This document shows positions 55,101 through 64,000 of a DNA stretch of 64,000 bases, piece by piece. Source of the DNA: a candidate division FCPU426 bacterium. GTDB taxonomy: Bacteria > Oederibacteriota > Muellerivitia > Muellerivitales > Muellerivitaceae. The notes below the pieces were generated by a model, which saw only the letters and a list, made by a program, of their open reading frames with translations, was not told the DNA's origin and searched no databases. Within the stretch, counting starts at the first letter, position 1. Every line of letters begins with the position of its first letter. The position numbers and the translations under genes were made by a program. The stretch spans positions 1-64,000 of the forward strand of contig CAVYSE010000006.1 of assembly GCA_963771075.1 (NCBI GenBank), read 5' to 3'.

Positions 55101-58037
55101 TCCCCAAACGGATTTTGGGCGCCTGACGCCCGAGTGAACTTGCGGGGGCCTTTTAATGACAGCCTGGACCGACTTTTGCTCCTGGCCGACTTGGATCCCG
55201 CTGTGCATCACGCCGGGGGCTCCTTGAAGGGAGACCTCGTCATCGGGGGCACCTGGTCCAAGCTTGATTTCGATTTTTCCATGAATGGGAGCAATCTTCA
55301 GTTCGATGACAACCAAGTGATCTCCAGCTCCCTCCATTGCGGTTACAGTGATCGAAGGGTATTCCTGGACAAGACCCGGTTGACCTTGCCTAAGGGTGAA
55401 ATCAATATTGACCGTGGAAGCTTGGTGATTGACCCGTCTGATCCTTCCCATCTTTCGGTTGCGCTTTCGGGATCTACCCAAGATCTTTCCATTTCCCTTT
55501 TTAACCTAACGAACCGAGCTAACTTGACCGGCGATCTTTATTTGGGTGAAACCAAGGAAAAACCTACTTTCGCCGGACGCTTTTCCATCCTTGATTCCGA
55601 TCCATCGACCGCCAAGTCGGCCATTTTTGAACTCAACCTTCGGGTGAAACAAAAGATCGTAGACCTTCTTCCTCTTGGCAATGGAAAACCCCAGTTGGTG
55701 GGCGGCCTGGATCTTTCCCAGCCGGATAAAATATTGTTCCAACAGATACAACTTCTAAACGCCCCGGGTTCTTTTTCCGTAGATGGTACGCTTGATCTGG
55801 CAGGGGAAAGCCATTTAACCTCGGACGCTAAGGACATCCCTATCCAGGACGTGGCTAAATGGATTCTTCGGGATTTCCCATTAACCGGCAGGGCCAATTA
55901 CCATTTAGTTTTTGATGGCCCCCTTAGCCATCCGCTCATGACCTCCTCACTCACCGTAAACGGAGGACAGGTGGGCCAGCTGAAGTTCGACCTCTTAACG
56001 GCGCAATTGAGAGCCAAGAACGACACCCTCTACTTAGGCAACGAGGATACCCCGGTGGAGATCAGCCGAGTCGGGCTTTATGACTTCACCCTTTCCGGCA
56101 AGATGCCCCTAGCCCTCACTTCCTCGACTCGGGCCGAGACCCAGAACAGGGAAATGGACATAGTCGCGAAAATGGATAAGGGCGATTTCAGTCTGTTGTT
56201 GGCTGCGGGTCTGGCGAAGGATGCCCATGGTTTAATGGATTTTGACGCCCACGTGACGGGTACGCTGGACAACCCGGTAGTAAAGACCATGGACCTCACG
56301 CTGAACCAATGCCGGATGGTGCCTTCCATGATCGCTCAATCCCTTGAAGATATTAATGGTCGTATCAAGGTGCGCGACAATAAGTTGGCGGTAGAGGACC
56401 TGAACTTCCAAGTTGGCCAGGGAAGGGTTTTCATCACATCGCCTCCCATCGAGCAATCCAAGATGGTGATGGAGAATTTCATTCCCCAATACCTGGATTT
56501 CATGGTGCGCACAGTGGGGAACCATGGGCTTTGGCTCAATGTACCCACCATCATGCATAAGGGGGAATGGGGCGAGGTTTATTTTTACGGGCAAACCCCG
56601 GAAGACCCACTCCTCATCCACGGGCCCCTGACCGAACCTCATGTGATCGGCACCGCCCTGTTGGATACCGGACACTACACTTTTCCGCCGGAACCCGCTT
56701 TAGACGAACATGGAGAAAAAATCGAATACCGGGAATTGGCCAACGTGTTTTTTCAACTAAATCTGGTTTCAGGAAAAAACACTTGGTATTCCAACGATTT
56801 CAATACCATGTACCTGGATTTGAAAGTTGATCCAGGGGACGTCATCACCATTGAGGGAAAAGATTCAAACCGCACCGCCGAAGAGGCCGGTATCCAATGC
56901 CATGGGAAGGCGGGGTCTAGCAGCGGCTTTTTGCGGTATCTAAGCCACGAGTTCAAACTGCAGGAAGCGAGCCTCACCATCCCTAAGGGAAAGTTACCCT
57001 TCATGGAGGGATCGGCAATCGACAAATTCCCGAATGTGGATTTGATGACGCCGGGCGGGGCAACAGAACAAACCGACATGGATGTGAATGTTTATTTCAA
57101 AGGTACCTTCGGTAACATTGATTTCAGGCTGGACTCCAATCCGCGTTTCAGTACCAACGACAAGGATGTCCAACAAAAAGTTCTTCTTTCCTACATTATT
57201 TTCGGTCGGGACATGACGGGCTATTCCGGTCAGGCCTATTCCAGTCAGCAACTTCAGCAGATTTACCAACAGAATGCGGGACAAGTCATATTGCCGGCCT
57301 TTATTGACGCGATTAACCGGATAGGAACCAATTACCTTTCCGGTCAGATACGGCCTGCTATCTCCAGCCTCTTCGGCATTGACGCCCACGTCAAAGGAAA
57401 TGTAATCCCGGGCGGCTCCGGCCCATCCAGTTCCGCGACACCCGTCGTTGGCGCGCAGGCCTTGGAGGCCACAGGCAACAGTCTTGCGGCGGCCACTTTG
57501 CCCATGGTCCAGTTGGATTTAATCAAGCCGGTGGACTCGCACCTTTCCATCGAGTACACGGGTGGTTTGGGAAGGGACATCGTCAGCGGGGCCAGCCTAT
57601 TTCAGGAACGGGTTGGGATGAACTACAACGTCTCCAAGAACTGGAGTTTTTCAGGTTCGGTGGGACAAAATGACTGGAATCAAAATGACGAAAGGGTGGA
57701 GACTCGGTTCAAGACCGACTTGCCGGATATCATCGCCCCCAAGCCAGGTGACAAGGAAAAACCGCGCTTTGAGCAGGCCGACTTTTACCCCATTGGAAAC
57801 GGTAAATACCATCTTACCTGGACGCTGGACAAGGTCACCAAGGGTTCGGTCCATGTTTTCGATGCATCAGGCGCGGTGGTTCAGATTTTAACGGAGAAAA
57901 CGGATTGGGATTACCGGCACAATATGGACGTTGCGAATTTGAATGAGAGCCAAGACTATAAAATTCTCATCTCCGCCAAGGATCCAAATGGGAACGAGGC
58001 GGTCTCGACCTTGAAAATCCCTGCGGTTTCCGAATAG
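52173..58037 (+). CDS. tamB: TamB/AsmA-like bridge protein with C-terminal FN3/Ig-like extension
   Basis: N-terminal TM anchor, about 1900 aa of Gly/Leu-rich beta-strand repeats, TamB-like C-region, directly upstream of bamA. Confidence 0.75.
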   Translation: MPDLPKPRRPRWLLGSMGLLALLGLCFLLFNHLVELELKPLIIKGLSQAVQGPVSLSSVTGNLAGDVVIKDLTLDLPGSPWRVYLKTNQVEVKLDLLNLLLKHKALENSVVSLTLSQPQVDLIRVDTSSSPATQSGPSATPTNAPSSIRIPVFLVPAPRLFVKGGSLQIKAGKEPQTLITGTDFEAFSNDGTDWSLILSARPADASQGGSLRFNGSLHLDSLKVSGKITLADWPLVQAGLLLEDLAGWQMTGGKLNADCPIVYQPGRGCWFDARVDMVDASLISPKPLAFSFDNIKGRVTVRPAEIEIPGDLTFNTNGTLWKAHGLMPLDGRTIQIQASTEDLALSSLSVGLLKLKGAPWEGKGKASLNVEGTFQKPILTANAQLGSSHLGDIILDGFQAQATYEDGQLVLNQLQGNLYDGTFTAQGQIGLQDPLNEPISITADLKNLDIGKLLFSFGWNDIVGKTQAQIQISHSLQDPVISMVNRADFDASPTHDAYSMQNVFNWAEGVITLNSKINGQDQMKAEVRQTADGWKLQQAELSVSKAGGRLTGSGYLPTDPDQPMNLTFGTPHGEEIALEEIPFFHERFQDIMGPVELNMHFFGTKHNPESSILLNGPSVLIIKRTMNPNIKKTNLIKLENYPLSVDLESSKGVMTIKNLDYGPIFSARGQWGLREDTMDLNFNAQGFPIPTLAEVSGWLNPPQPLEGLMTGRLHLSGQRKNPVLDGDVLVSQFKLEDWWSDQVEASINRDQGKLIIRKLKFTQGVNSLIASGSWDTSTQPGTMNLRFFSKNFQLRKGPFLTGNFLWDAQTGTPWFKNWTGRFYSDGFRIGDGKVRGYAFSRFLIDASSQDLSLEGKFQLGDSVEGRGSFNLGEKIPTLKGSLTINPVLISKIPDLEQFIPPDLKVEGILSGKIRFGIGTWDKLPLTGNLQIADGNIAKKYAFENLSLSFAGDRAHLEPTIRLEQKKTSYELTGTLDSPNGFWAPDARVNLRGPFNDSLDRLLLLADLDPAVHHAGGSLKGDLVIGGTWSKLDFDFSMNGSNLQFDDNQVISSSLHCGYSDRRVFLDKTRLTLPKGEINIDRGSLVIDPSDPSHLSVALSGSTQDLSISLFNLTNRANLTGDLYLGETKEKPTFAGRFSILDSDPSTAKSAIFELNLRVKQKIVDLLPLGNGKPQLVGGLDLSQPDKILFQQIQLLNAPGSFSVDGTLDLAGESHLTSDAKDIPIQDVAKWILRDFPLTGRANYHLVFDGPLSHPLMTSSLTVNGGQVGQLKFDLLTAQLRAKNDTLYLGNEDTPVEISRVGLYDFTLSGKMPLALTSSTRAETQNREMDIVAKMDKGDFSLLLAAGLAKDAHGLMDFDAHVTGTLDNPVVKTMDLTLNQCRMVPSMIAQSLEDINGRIKVRDNKLAVEDLNFQVGQGRVFITSPPIEQSKMVMENFIPQYLDFMVRTVGNHGLWLNVPTIMHKGEWGEVYFYGQTPEDPLLIHGPLTEPHVIGTALLDTGHYTFPPEPALDEHGEKIEYRELANVFFQLNLVSGKNTWYSNDFNTMYLDLKVDPGDVITIEGKDSNRTAEEAGIQCHGKAGSSSGFLRYLSHEFKLQEASLTIPKGKLPFMEGSAIDKFPNVDLMTPGGATEQTDMDVNVYFKGTFGNIDFRLDSNPRFSTNDKDVQQKVLLSYIIFGRDMTGYSGQAYSSQQLQQIYQQNAGQVILPAFIDAINRIGTNYLSGQIRPAISSLFGIDAHVKGNVIPGGSGPSSSATPVVGAQALEATGNSLAAATLPMVQLDLIKPVDSHLSIEYTGGLGRDIVSGASLFQERVGMNYNVSKNWSFSGSVGQNDWNQNDERVETRFKTDLPDIIAPKPGDKEKPRFEQADFYPIGNGKYHLTWTLDKVTKGSVHVFDASGAVVQILTEKTDWDYRHNMDVANLNESQDYKILISAKDPNGNEAVSTLKIPAVSE

Positions 58038-58100
58038 GGAGGCATCAAACCAGCCCCTTTTCGTCCGCTCAGCCGTCCAAATAGGCGGAAGGGGATTCGT

Positions 58101-58130
58101 TTGCCCTATTTCCTTTTATCATGCTAGAAT
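58101..58130 (+). promoter_or_regulatory. Possible sigma70 promoter upstream of bamA
   Basis: TTGCCC-18 bp-TAGAAT with a TG extension, after a hairpin at about 58052-58096. Confidence 0.4.
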
Positions 58131-58198
58131 TACCGCCTTTGCGTGGACCCCTCAGCGCTTATTCGGTCCGTTGTTCCGGGGGAGACCTTCTGGAGTGA

Positions 58199-60559
58199 AT
58201 GATTTTGCCCACATATAAATCAAATCGCCTTGTCATTGCCCCTGCTTTTTTTGGGTTGACCCTTTTGGTCATCAGTTTTGCTTTTTTTGCCCAAGCACAA
58301 ACCACAGTTCCGTTGCCCGTCACAGGTACTGGAGCCAAAATTGCCGCCTTGAAAGTGGAGGGTAATAAAAACGTTTCCGCTCTCCTGATTTTCGGCCACT
58401 TGAGCGAAAAAGAAGGCGATCCATTTTCCATGCGTAAAATCCGCATGGACCTGCACAATCTTTTCTCGATGGGCAATTTTACCAACGTAAAAGCGGAGAT
58501 AGGCCAGGGAAACCACCCGGGCGAAATGATTTTGACCTTCAAGGTCGAGGAGAGGCCCTTATTGGGCAAGATTATTTTCCGCGGGAACAAGAAATGGGAC
58601 TCCCATAAATTCCTCGAGGAAATGAAAAGCTCTCCCGGGGAGGCGTACGATCCCGCCAAGGTCAACGGCGACTTGGATGCGATCCGACACCTTTACCAAG
58701 ATGAAGGTTATCCTACCGTACTCGCCACCGCCACTACCCAACTAGATGCCACGACCAACAAGATGACTGTGATTATTGACATCACGGAAGGGGACCAAAT
58801 TAAGGTCGGATATATCACCGTGATCGGCAACAAAGCCTTCAGTTCCCAGAAGGTTGCCAATCAAATGAAGAAAAACCGGGAAGGGGAGAAATACCAACCC
58901 GAATCCCTGGCGGACGACTTGAAAGACATCGAGGATTTTTACCACGATGAGGGTTACTTGAAAGCGGTGATCCTGAGCCACAAGGAAAAACTCAGCGCCG
59001 CCCGCAAAAGAGTTTATTTGTACGTCACGCTTCAGGAGGGGTTGCAATACAAACTAGGTGAGGTTCAATTCCACGGCAATGTCCAGTTCGACGATGTCGA
59101 CTTGAAACGCACTTTGAACCTCGCATCGAAAGAAGTGCTCCGCCAGAAAGATTTGGATGAGGGAACCAAGAGGGTCAAGACCCTTTATGCGGATAAAGGT
59201 TATATCTACGCGGGAGTAACTCCCCAGTTGAGTTATGACGACGATTTGAAGAAGACCGATATCACTTTCAATGTGGTGGAGGGTCAGGTGGCCTATGTCC
59301 AGGACATCAAGATTGTTGGAAATTACAAAACCCAGGACTATGTAATTCGCCGGGAATTGCTCATCAAGGCGGGGGATAAGTTCGAAGCGGATCGGATCAA
59401 GGCTTCGGCGAGCGACCTGTATAACTTGGGATACTTCGATGAAGTAAATCCGGAGGTGGAACCGGGGGATTCGCCGGGGAAAGAAATCCTTGTTTTCCGC
59501 GTCAAGGAGCGCAAAACCGGCACCATCAGTCTGGGCGGCGGCTACAGCTCGGTGGATGGATTTATTGGAAACCTGAAGCTGGAAGAAGCCAACCTCTTCG
59601 GAAAGGGTCAAAAGGTGAATTTAGACCTGCAGTTCGGGGCCAATGAAAACAGCATCAGCATTGGCTTTACCGAACCATGGCTCTTTAACACGCCTACATC
59701 CCTGGGATTGAATTTATTTGATACCACCCGGATCTACACTACCGCGGTTCCAGACCCTACCTATGGTTCCACGCAGTTTTATACGGAAGTGAGCGTGGGG
59801 GGGTCCATCAGCTTGGGTAGGCGTTTGAGCCGCTTTTGGACCATCAACGGGACATACCTGCTGGAAAACGTGCAGATCAACAATGTGGGGCAGTATTACC
59901 AAACTCCCGGGACACCCCAATATATCCAATCCTCCAATTCCACCACGTCCAGCTTGACTCCCCGCATCACTTTTGACAACCGTGACAATTACTTTGACAC
60001 CCACACGGGGTGGAAGCATCAACTATCCCTGGAACTTGCCGGTGGGCCGTTGGGAGCCGACAACAACTTCATCAAGTTGATCGAGGACTCGAGCCGATTC
60101 ATCCAATTACCATTGGATTTCGTGTTCGCGGAGCATGTGCGTTTAGGGGCGGCCCAGGGCTACTGGTACGCCGGGCGCGGCTACTCGGATGTCCCCATTT
60201 ACGAGAAGTTCTACGCGGGTGGCACGGATACAATCCGTGGCTACAATGAGAGAACGATCGGCCCCATTCAAGGGGGGAATGCGCTCTTCGTCTCAAACAC
60301 CGAAATTCATCATCCCATCGCCGGCCCCTTGCGGGGAGTGGTTTTCTTCGACACTGGTGACGCTTGGAACTCCGCCTTTGATGCATTCGCCGGGGAAAAC
60401 CAGGTTCAGTATGGCGCGGGAATCGGATTGCGCCTCACCATACCTGGTACCATCATGGATATCCGACTGGATTATGGCTGGCCGATTGATTCAACACTGC
60501 CCATTACTGCGGCGCCGCCGGGCGGAGTATTGCATTTTAATCTGGGCAACCTGTTCTAA
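58199..60559 (+). CDS. bamA: Outer membrane protein assembly factor BamA
   Basis: About 5 POTRA repeats, VKERKTG, NLFGKGQ, IRGY motif, C-terminal Phe. Confidence 0.96.
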   Translation: MILPTYKSNRLVIAPAFFGLTLLVISFAFFAQAQTTVPLPVTGTGAKIAALKVEGNKNVSALLIFGHLSEKEGDPFSMRKIRMDLHNLFSMGNFTNVKAEIGQGNHPGEMILTFKVEERPLLGKIIFRGNKKWDSHKFLEEMKSSPGEAYDPAKVNGDLDAIRHLYQDEGYPTVLATATTQLDATTNKMTVIIDITEGDQIKVGYITVIGNKAFSSQKVANQMKKNREGEKYQPESLADDLKDIEDFYHDEGYLKAVILSHKEKLSAARKRVYLYVTLQEGLQYKLGEVQFHGNVQFDDVDLKRTLNLASKEVLRQKDLDEGTKRVKTLYADKGYIYAGVTPQLSYDDDLKKTDITFNVVEGQVAYVQDIKIVGNYKTQDYVIRRELLIKAGDKFEADRIKASASDLYNLGYFDEVNPEVEPGDSPGKEILVFRVKERKTGTISLGGGYSSVDGFIGNLKLEEANLFGKGQKVNLDLQFGANENSISIGFTEPWLFNTPTSLGLNLFDTTRIYTTAVPDPTYGSTQFYTEVSVGGSISLGRRLSRFWTINGTYLLENVQINNVGQYYQTPGTPQYIQSSNSTTSSLTPRITFDNRDNYFDTHTGWKHQLSLELAGGPLGADNNFIKLIEDSSRFIQLPLDFVFAEHVRLGAAQGYWYAGRGYSDVPIYEKFYAGGTDTIRGYNERTIGPIQGGNALFVSNTEIHHPIAGPLRGVVFFDTGDAWNSAFDAFAGENQVQYGAGIGLRLTIPGTIMDIRLDYGWPIDSTLPITAAPPGGVLHFNLGNLF

Positions 60560-60637
60560 ATTGTTCTGCGTGGTTGGACACTGGTTTTTCCGTTCGGTCT
60601 CCTTGTCGTGCGGTTTTCGGGGCCGTATCCTATTGCC

Positions 60638-61411
60638 ATGAAAATCCTCTTGACCAACGATGATGGTTTTGACGCTCCAGGTTTGAGCGCGTTGTTTGAA
60701 GCAGTGAAACACATGGGGGATATCTTCATTTCAGCCCCTGATGAGCAGGCCAGCGCGAGCGGGCATTCCATATCACTTCGGGAGCCCTTTAAGGTCCAAG
60801 TCGCCTCATGGCCTGGTTCTGCTCACGCTTATCGCATTTCGAGCACACCAGCTGATTGTGTGCGAACCGCAGTTCTCAAACTTCTTCCCGAGAAGCCTGA
60901 CCTGGTGATTTCGGGGATCAATCAGGGAGCGAATTTTGGTTCACTGATCCTATATTCCGGCACAGTCGCCGCAGCGGCAGAGGCTGTCCTGCTGGGAATT
61001 CCCGCCCTGGCAGTTTCACTGACATCCCATCATTCTCGTGATTTTTCCGTGGCGGCCGATTTTACCGCCAAACTTTGCAAGCGGATCGGGACGAAACCTC
61101 TTCCCACAGGGGTATTTCTTAACGTAAACGTACCTCCTCTTCCGGGGAGTCAAATCAAGGGTGTTGCTCTCACCGCCCAAGGGCAATTCCGTCATATTGA
61201 CGATTTGGAACCTCACCATGAAATGGAGGATCATTTCTCCTACATTCTAGACTCCCCTCACGAGCCAGTGGATGAACATCCCGAGACTGACGTGCATCAG
61301 GTGAAGCATGGGTCCATTTCGGTTACTCCACTTCAACTCGATCTTACAGCGCGCGAACATTTTGGATATTTCGCAGATTGGCCGTGGAACCAAGGCTTAT
61401 GGAAGGAATAA
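60638..61411 (+). CDS. surE: 5'/3'-nucleotidase SurE
   Basis: ILLTNDDG, TPADCV, SGINQGAN, YSGTVAAA, LNVNVP. Confidence 0.96.
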   Translation: MKILLTNDDGFDAPGLSALFEAVKHMGDIFISAPDEQASASGHSISLREPFKVQVASWPGSAHAYRISSTPADCVRTAVLKLLPEKPDLVISGINQGANFGSLILYSGTVAAAAEAVLLGIPALAVSLTSHHSRDFSVAADFTAKLCKRIGTKPLPTGVFLNVNVPPLPGSQIKGVALTAQGQFRHIDDLEPHHEMEDHFSYILDSPHEPVDEHPETDVHQVKHGSISVTPLQLDLTAREHFGYFADWPWNQGLWKE

Positions 61412-62349
61412 AGTCGGGTGCGCTGATACCTGTTGGTTCGCTGCCTTATGTTGATACAACGCAAGCTGTTCAAGCCCATCTGCGGTATTTTCCAGAGATT
61501 CCGGCCTGGCCCCAACTGCCTAAACGTGCTTTGGGGGAAACCATCCTTTACCAAGGTCTGGGTGGCCTTTCGTTGGAGGATGACGTAGCTTTGACCGAAG
61601 GAGATGGAACGTGTTTTTTTGAGTTCCTTCGAACTTTCCCATCAATTCCAACTCAGCAAATTCTGGCTGTGAAGGGTCAGGTGGGAGGTCCGATCACATT
61701 AAGTTCTTTTTATAATGATGACACGGGTCGGCTTTTCAAAGATAAAGCCGACAAGTTGGATAAGCTAGCCCGGCATTTGTCCCAACATTTGCAATGGCAA
61801 ATCCATCAACTTTCCGCGCTAGGCAAACCGGTAATCTTTTTTTTGGATGAACCGATCTTGGGCCGGATCTTTGATCGGAATTCGAAGGGTCTTGGAAGGG
61901 AATGGGCAATCCCATTTTTGGATTCCTTGTTTCAAAAGATCAAAGAAATGGAAGCCTACAGTGGTATCCATTGCTGCGGGGAGGGGCCGTGGGGCTGGCT
62001 CTTTGACCTGAAAGTAGACTTTATCCATCTCGACACATCGCGATTTGGCCCGGATTTGATCCAAGACGCCCAGGCCCTTTGTGCTTTTTACGAAAGGGGA
62101 GGTTCTCTTATTTGGGGGGAAATACCTACTTCGCAAATTGATCATTCCGTAGGAAATTATTTAAAGGCCTGGGATCTCAAAGCCGAATCCCTCGTGGAAA
62201 AAGGAATCCCTCGCGGATACATTATGAAACATGCTTTTTTTTCAACCTCCTGCGGTTTGGGCGCCTCGACCTTGGAGGATTGCGGTTTTGCCCTGAAAAT
62301 GTTGAAAATGTTTTCTGATGAATGGAGGAGGCGTAATGCCGCGGAATAA
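61399..62349 (+). CDS. Cobalamin-independent methionine synthase II-like (MetE C-terminal fold) protein
   Basis: GSLP, WPQLP, KGQVGGPIT, FLDEP, GIHCC, SCGLG. Confidence 0.75.
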   Translation: MEGIKSGALIPVGSLPYVDTTQAVQAHLRYFPEIPAWPQLPKRALGETILYQGLGGLSLEDDVALTEGDGTCFFEFLRTFPSIPTQQILAVKGQVGGPITLSSFYNDDTGRLFKDKADKLDKLARHLSQHLQWQIHQLSALGKPVIFFLDEPILGRIFDRNSKGLGREWAIPFLDSLFQKIKEMEAYSGIHCCGEGPWGWLFDLKVDFIHLDTSRFGPDLIQDAQALCAFYERGGSLIWGEIPTSQIDHSVGNYLKAWDLKAESLVEKGIPRGYIMKHAFFSTSCGLGASTLEDCGFALKMLKMFSDEWRRRNAAE

Positions 62350-62413
62350 TCCGCCCTTTTTACGTTGATTAGTCTCGAAACCGCATCTTATGATTAAAAG
62401 ATTGGAGGGAGCA

Positions 62414-62635
62414 ATGTTAGAAGAAGTAAACCGAGTCATCTCCGAGATCCGTCCCATCCTTGAAGCGGATGGCGGTAATATTGAGGTTGTGTCGGTCTCT
62501 AATGACGGAATTGTCAGCGTGAAGTTAAAGGGCGCCTGCGTCCACTGTCCAAGCTCGATCATGACACTCAAGCAGGGCGTGGAACGCATCCTTATGGAAC
62601 AAATTCCAGAGGTAAAGGAAGTAGTCGCGGTCTAA
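62414..62635 (+). CDS. NifU/NfuA C-terminal domain protein
   Basis: IRPILEADGGNIE, GACVHCPSS..TLK.GVE. Confidence 0.93.
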   Translation: MLEEVNRVISEIRPILEADGGNIEVVSVSNDGIVSVKLKGACVHCPSSIMTLKQGVERILMEQIPEVKEVVAV

Positions 62636-62800
62636 CACGCTCGCCGATTGTTTTGCCTTTTTATTTGGGGTTTCTATCGAAGTCTTTTATACTGTGGCCA
62701 CCTTTCTTTTCCAACTCCCAAGCTTATGCCGTTTAAAACATCGTATTCCCGGATCGACCAATGGATTCGGTGAAATTTTATTTTTCCTTGAGGGGGAGAC

Positions 62801-64000
62801 TTGATCCCGCGTTACAGCCTTCCGCAAATGGAAGCTATTTGGTCCGAAGAATCCAAGTTCAATGCATGGCTTCGAGTCGAATTGGCCGCTTGCGAGGCTT
62901 GGGCAAAACTTAAAAAAATTCCACCAAAAGACTTGCGAATCATACTTAAAAAAGCCAAGTTTAACGTCAAGCGTATTGAAGCGATCGAGCGCAAGACCAA
63001 CCACGACCTGATCTCCTTTCTCACCTCGGTGGCAGAAAACGTTGGTCCTTCCTCGCGGTTTATTCACTTGGGTTTGACTTCGACCGACGTGGTGGACACC
63101 GCCCAGGCCATACAGTTGGTTCAGGCCTGCGATATAATTTTGGGCCAATTAAGCCGTTTGAGAAAAATCCTCCATCGTCAGGCTAAGGCGCATAAATACT
63201 CCATGATGATCGGACGCACCCACGGAGTGCACGCGGAGCCGGTTACCTTTGGATTGAAAATGGCCCTCTGGTACGACGAGGTGGGACGGGATGTCGAAAG
63301 GCTGGAATTGGCCCGCAGGCAAGTTGCTGTGGGAAAAATTTCCGGTGCGGTTGGCACCCTCGCCAATATCGATCCTCGGGTCGAGAAGTTCGTTTGCGCC
63401 CGTCTTGGCTTGGCTCCCGCGCCCGTTTCCACCCAAACCCTTCAACGGGACCGCCACGCTTTCCTACTCTCGGTTTTGGCTGTCATCGCTTCCTCCCTCG
63501 AAAAATTCTCCACGGAGATTCGCAACCTCCAGCGCACCGAGCTATTGGAGGTGGAGGAATTTTTCGCCGAGGGTCAGAAGGGTTCCTCGGCCATGCCACA
63601 CAAGCGGAACCCCCTCACGGCTGAGCGGGTCGCGGGCCTTTCCCGCGTTATCCGGGGCTATGCGGTTGCGGCCCAGGAAAATGTTGCCCTCTGGCACGAA
63701 CGGGACATCACCCATTCTTCGGCGGAGCGCGTCATTCTTCCCGATTCCACCATCCTCCTTCATTACATGCTCGAGAAATTTATCAATGTCATGGACAAAC
63801 TCAATGTTTATCCAAAACGTATGCTGGAAAACATCCAGCTGACCCGGGGTCTGGTCTCTTCCCAAAAGGTGCTCCTGGCCCTGGTTGGAAAGGGATTTAC
63901 ACGCGAACAAGCTTACGCCATGGTCCAACGCAATGCCCTGAACGCCTGGAAGAACCAATTGAATTTCAAGGATCTCATATTGGAAGACGCGCAAGTGAGG
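62801..64000 (+). CDS. purB: Adenylosuccinate lyase (runs off the window end; missing from the ORF track)
   Basis: TTG 62801 after GGGGGAG: MIPRYSLPQMEAIWSEE..., IHLGLTSTD, GRTHGVHAEP, KGSSAMPHKRNP. Confidence 0.96.
   Translation, partial: MIPRYSLPQMEAIWSEESKFNAWLRVELAACEAWAKLKKIPPKDLRIILKKAKFNVKRIEAIERKTNHDLISFLTSVAENVGPSSRFIHLGLTSTDVVDTAQAIQLVQACDIILGQLSRLRKILHRQAKAHKYSMMIGRTHGVHAEPVTFGLKMALWYDEVGRDVERLELARRQVAVGKISGAVGTLANIDPRVEKFVCARLGLAPAPVSTQTLQRDRHAFLLSVLAVIASSLEKFSTEIRNLQRTELLEVEEFFAEGQKGSSAMPHKRNPLTAERVAGLSRVIRGYAVAAQENVALWHERDITHSSAERVILPDSTILLHYMLEKFINVMDKLNVYPKRMLENIQLTRGLVSSQKVLLALVGKGFTREQAYAMVQRNALNAWKNQLNFKDLILEDAQVR

Noticed and set aside
62687..63994. ORF-track calls at the right end
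   Set aside because: They overlap purB (62801 onward), which the track missed because it has no stop inside the window.

Overview
Bacterial chromosomal window from a diderm organism: it carries bamA, tamB and lolCDE-type genes together with a Firmicutes-style mcsA-mcsB-clpC operon. The lineage cannot be fixed from sequence alone. The left ~7 kb is a conflict/mobile island. It holds remnants of an Rhs toxin-immunity array and a Y1-HUH (RAYT-type) transposase bounded by 26-bp terminal inverted repeats, whose right end carries a nested series of tandem duplications (240, 36 and 9 bp) that all finish at the same motif. It also holds an AbiEi/AbiEii type IV toxin-antitoxin cassette between 23-bp direct repeats, and a papain-like (C1) protease plus nucleoside-phosphorylase-fold gene pair. 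The 7-26 kb stretch is accessory: GH26/GH5-like glycosidases (one frameshifted), a GAF-GGDEF cyclase, secreted/beta-barrel/lipoprotein unknowns and a TAXI protein. The 26-64 kb stretch is mostly housekeeping: hemB, cdd, hemL, ymdB, an IS30 element, 5-formyl-THF cyclo-ligase, rarA, 6S RNA, glgP, an extended zapA, orphan pheT, prfB with its programmed frameshift, lysS, lolCDE-type genes, mcsAB-clpC, tamB-bamA, surE, a NifU-domain gene and a partial purB. No CRISPR array, tRNA or rRNA was recognised. Product calls rest on motif recognition by eye, not database searches.
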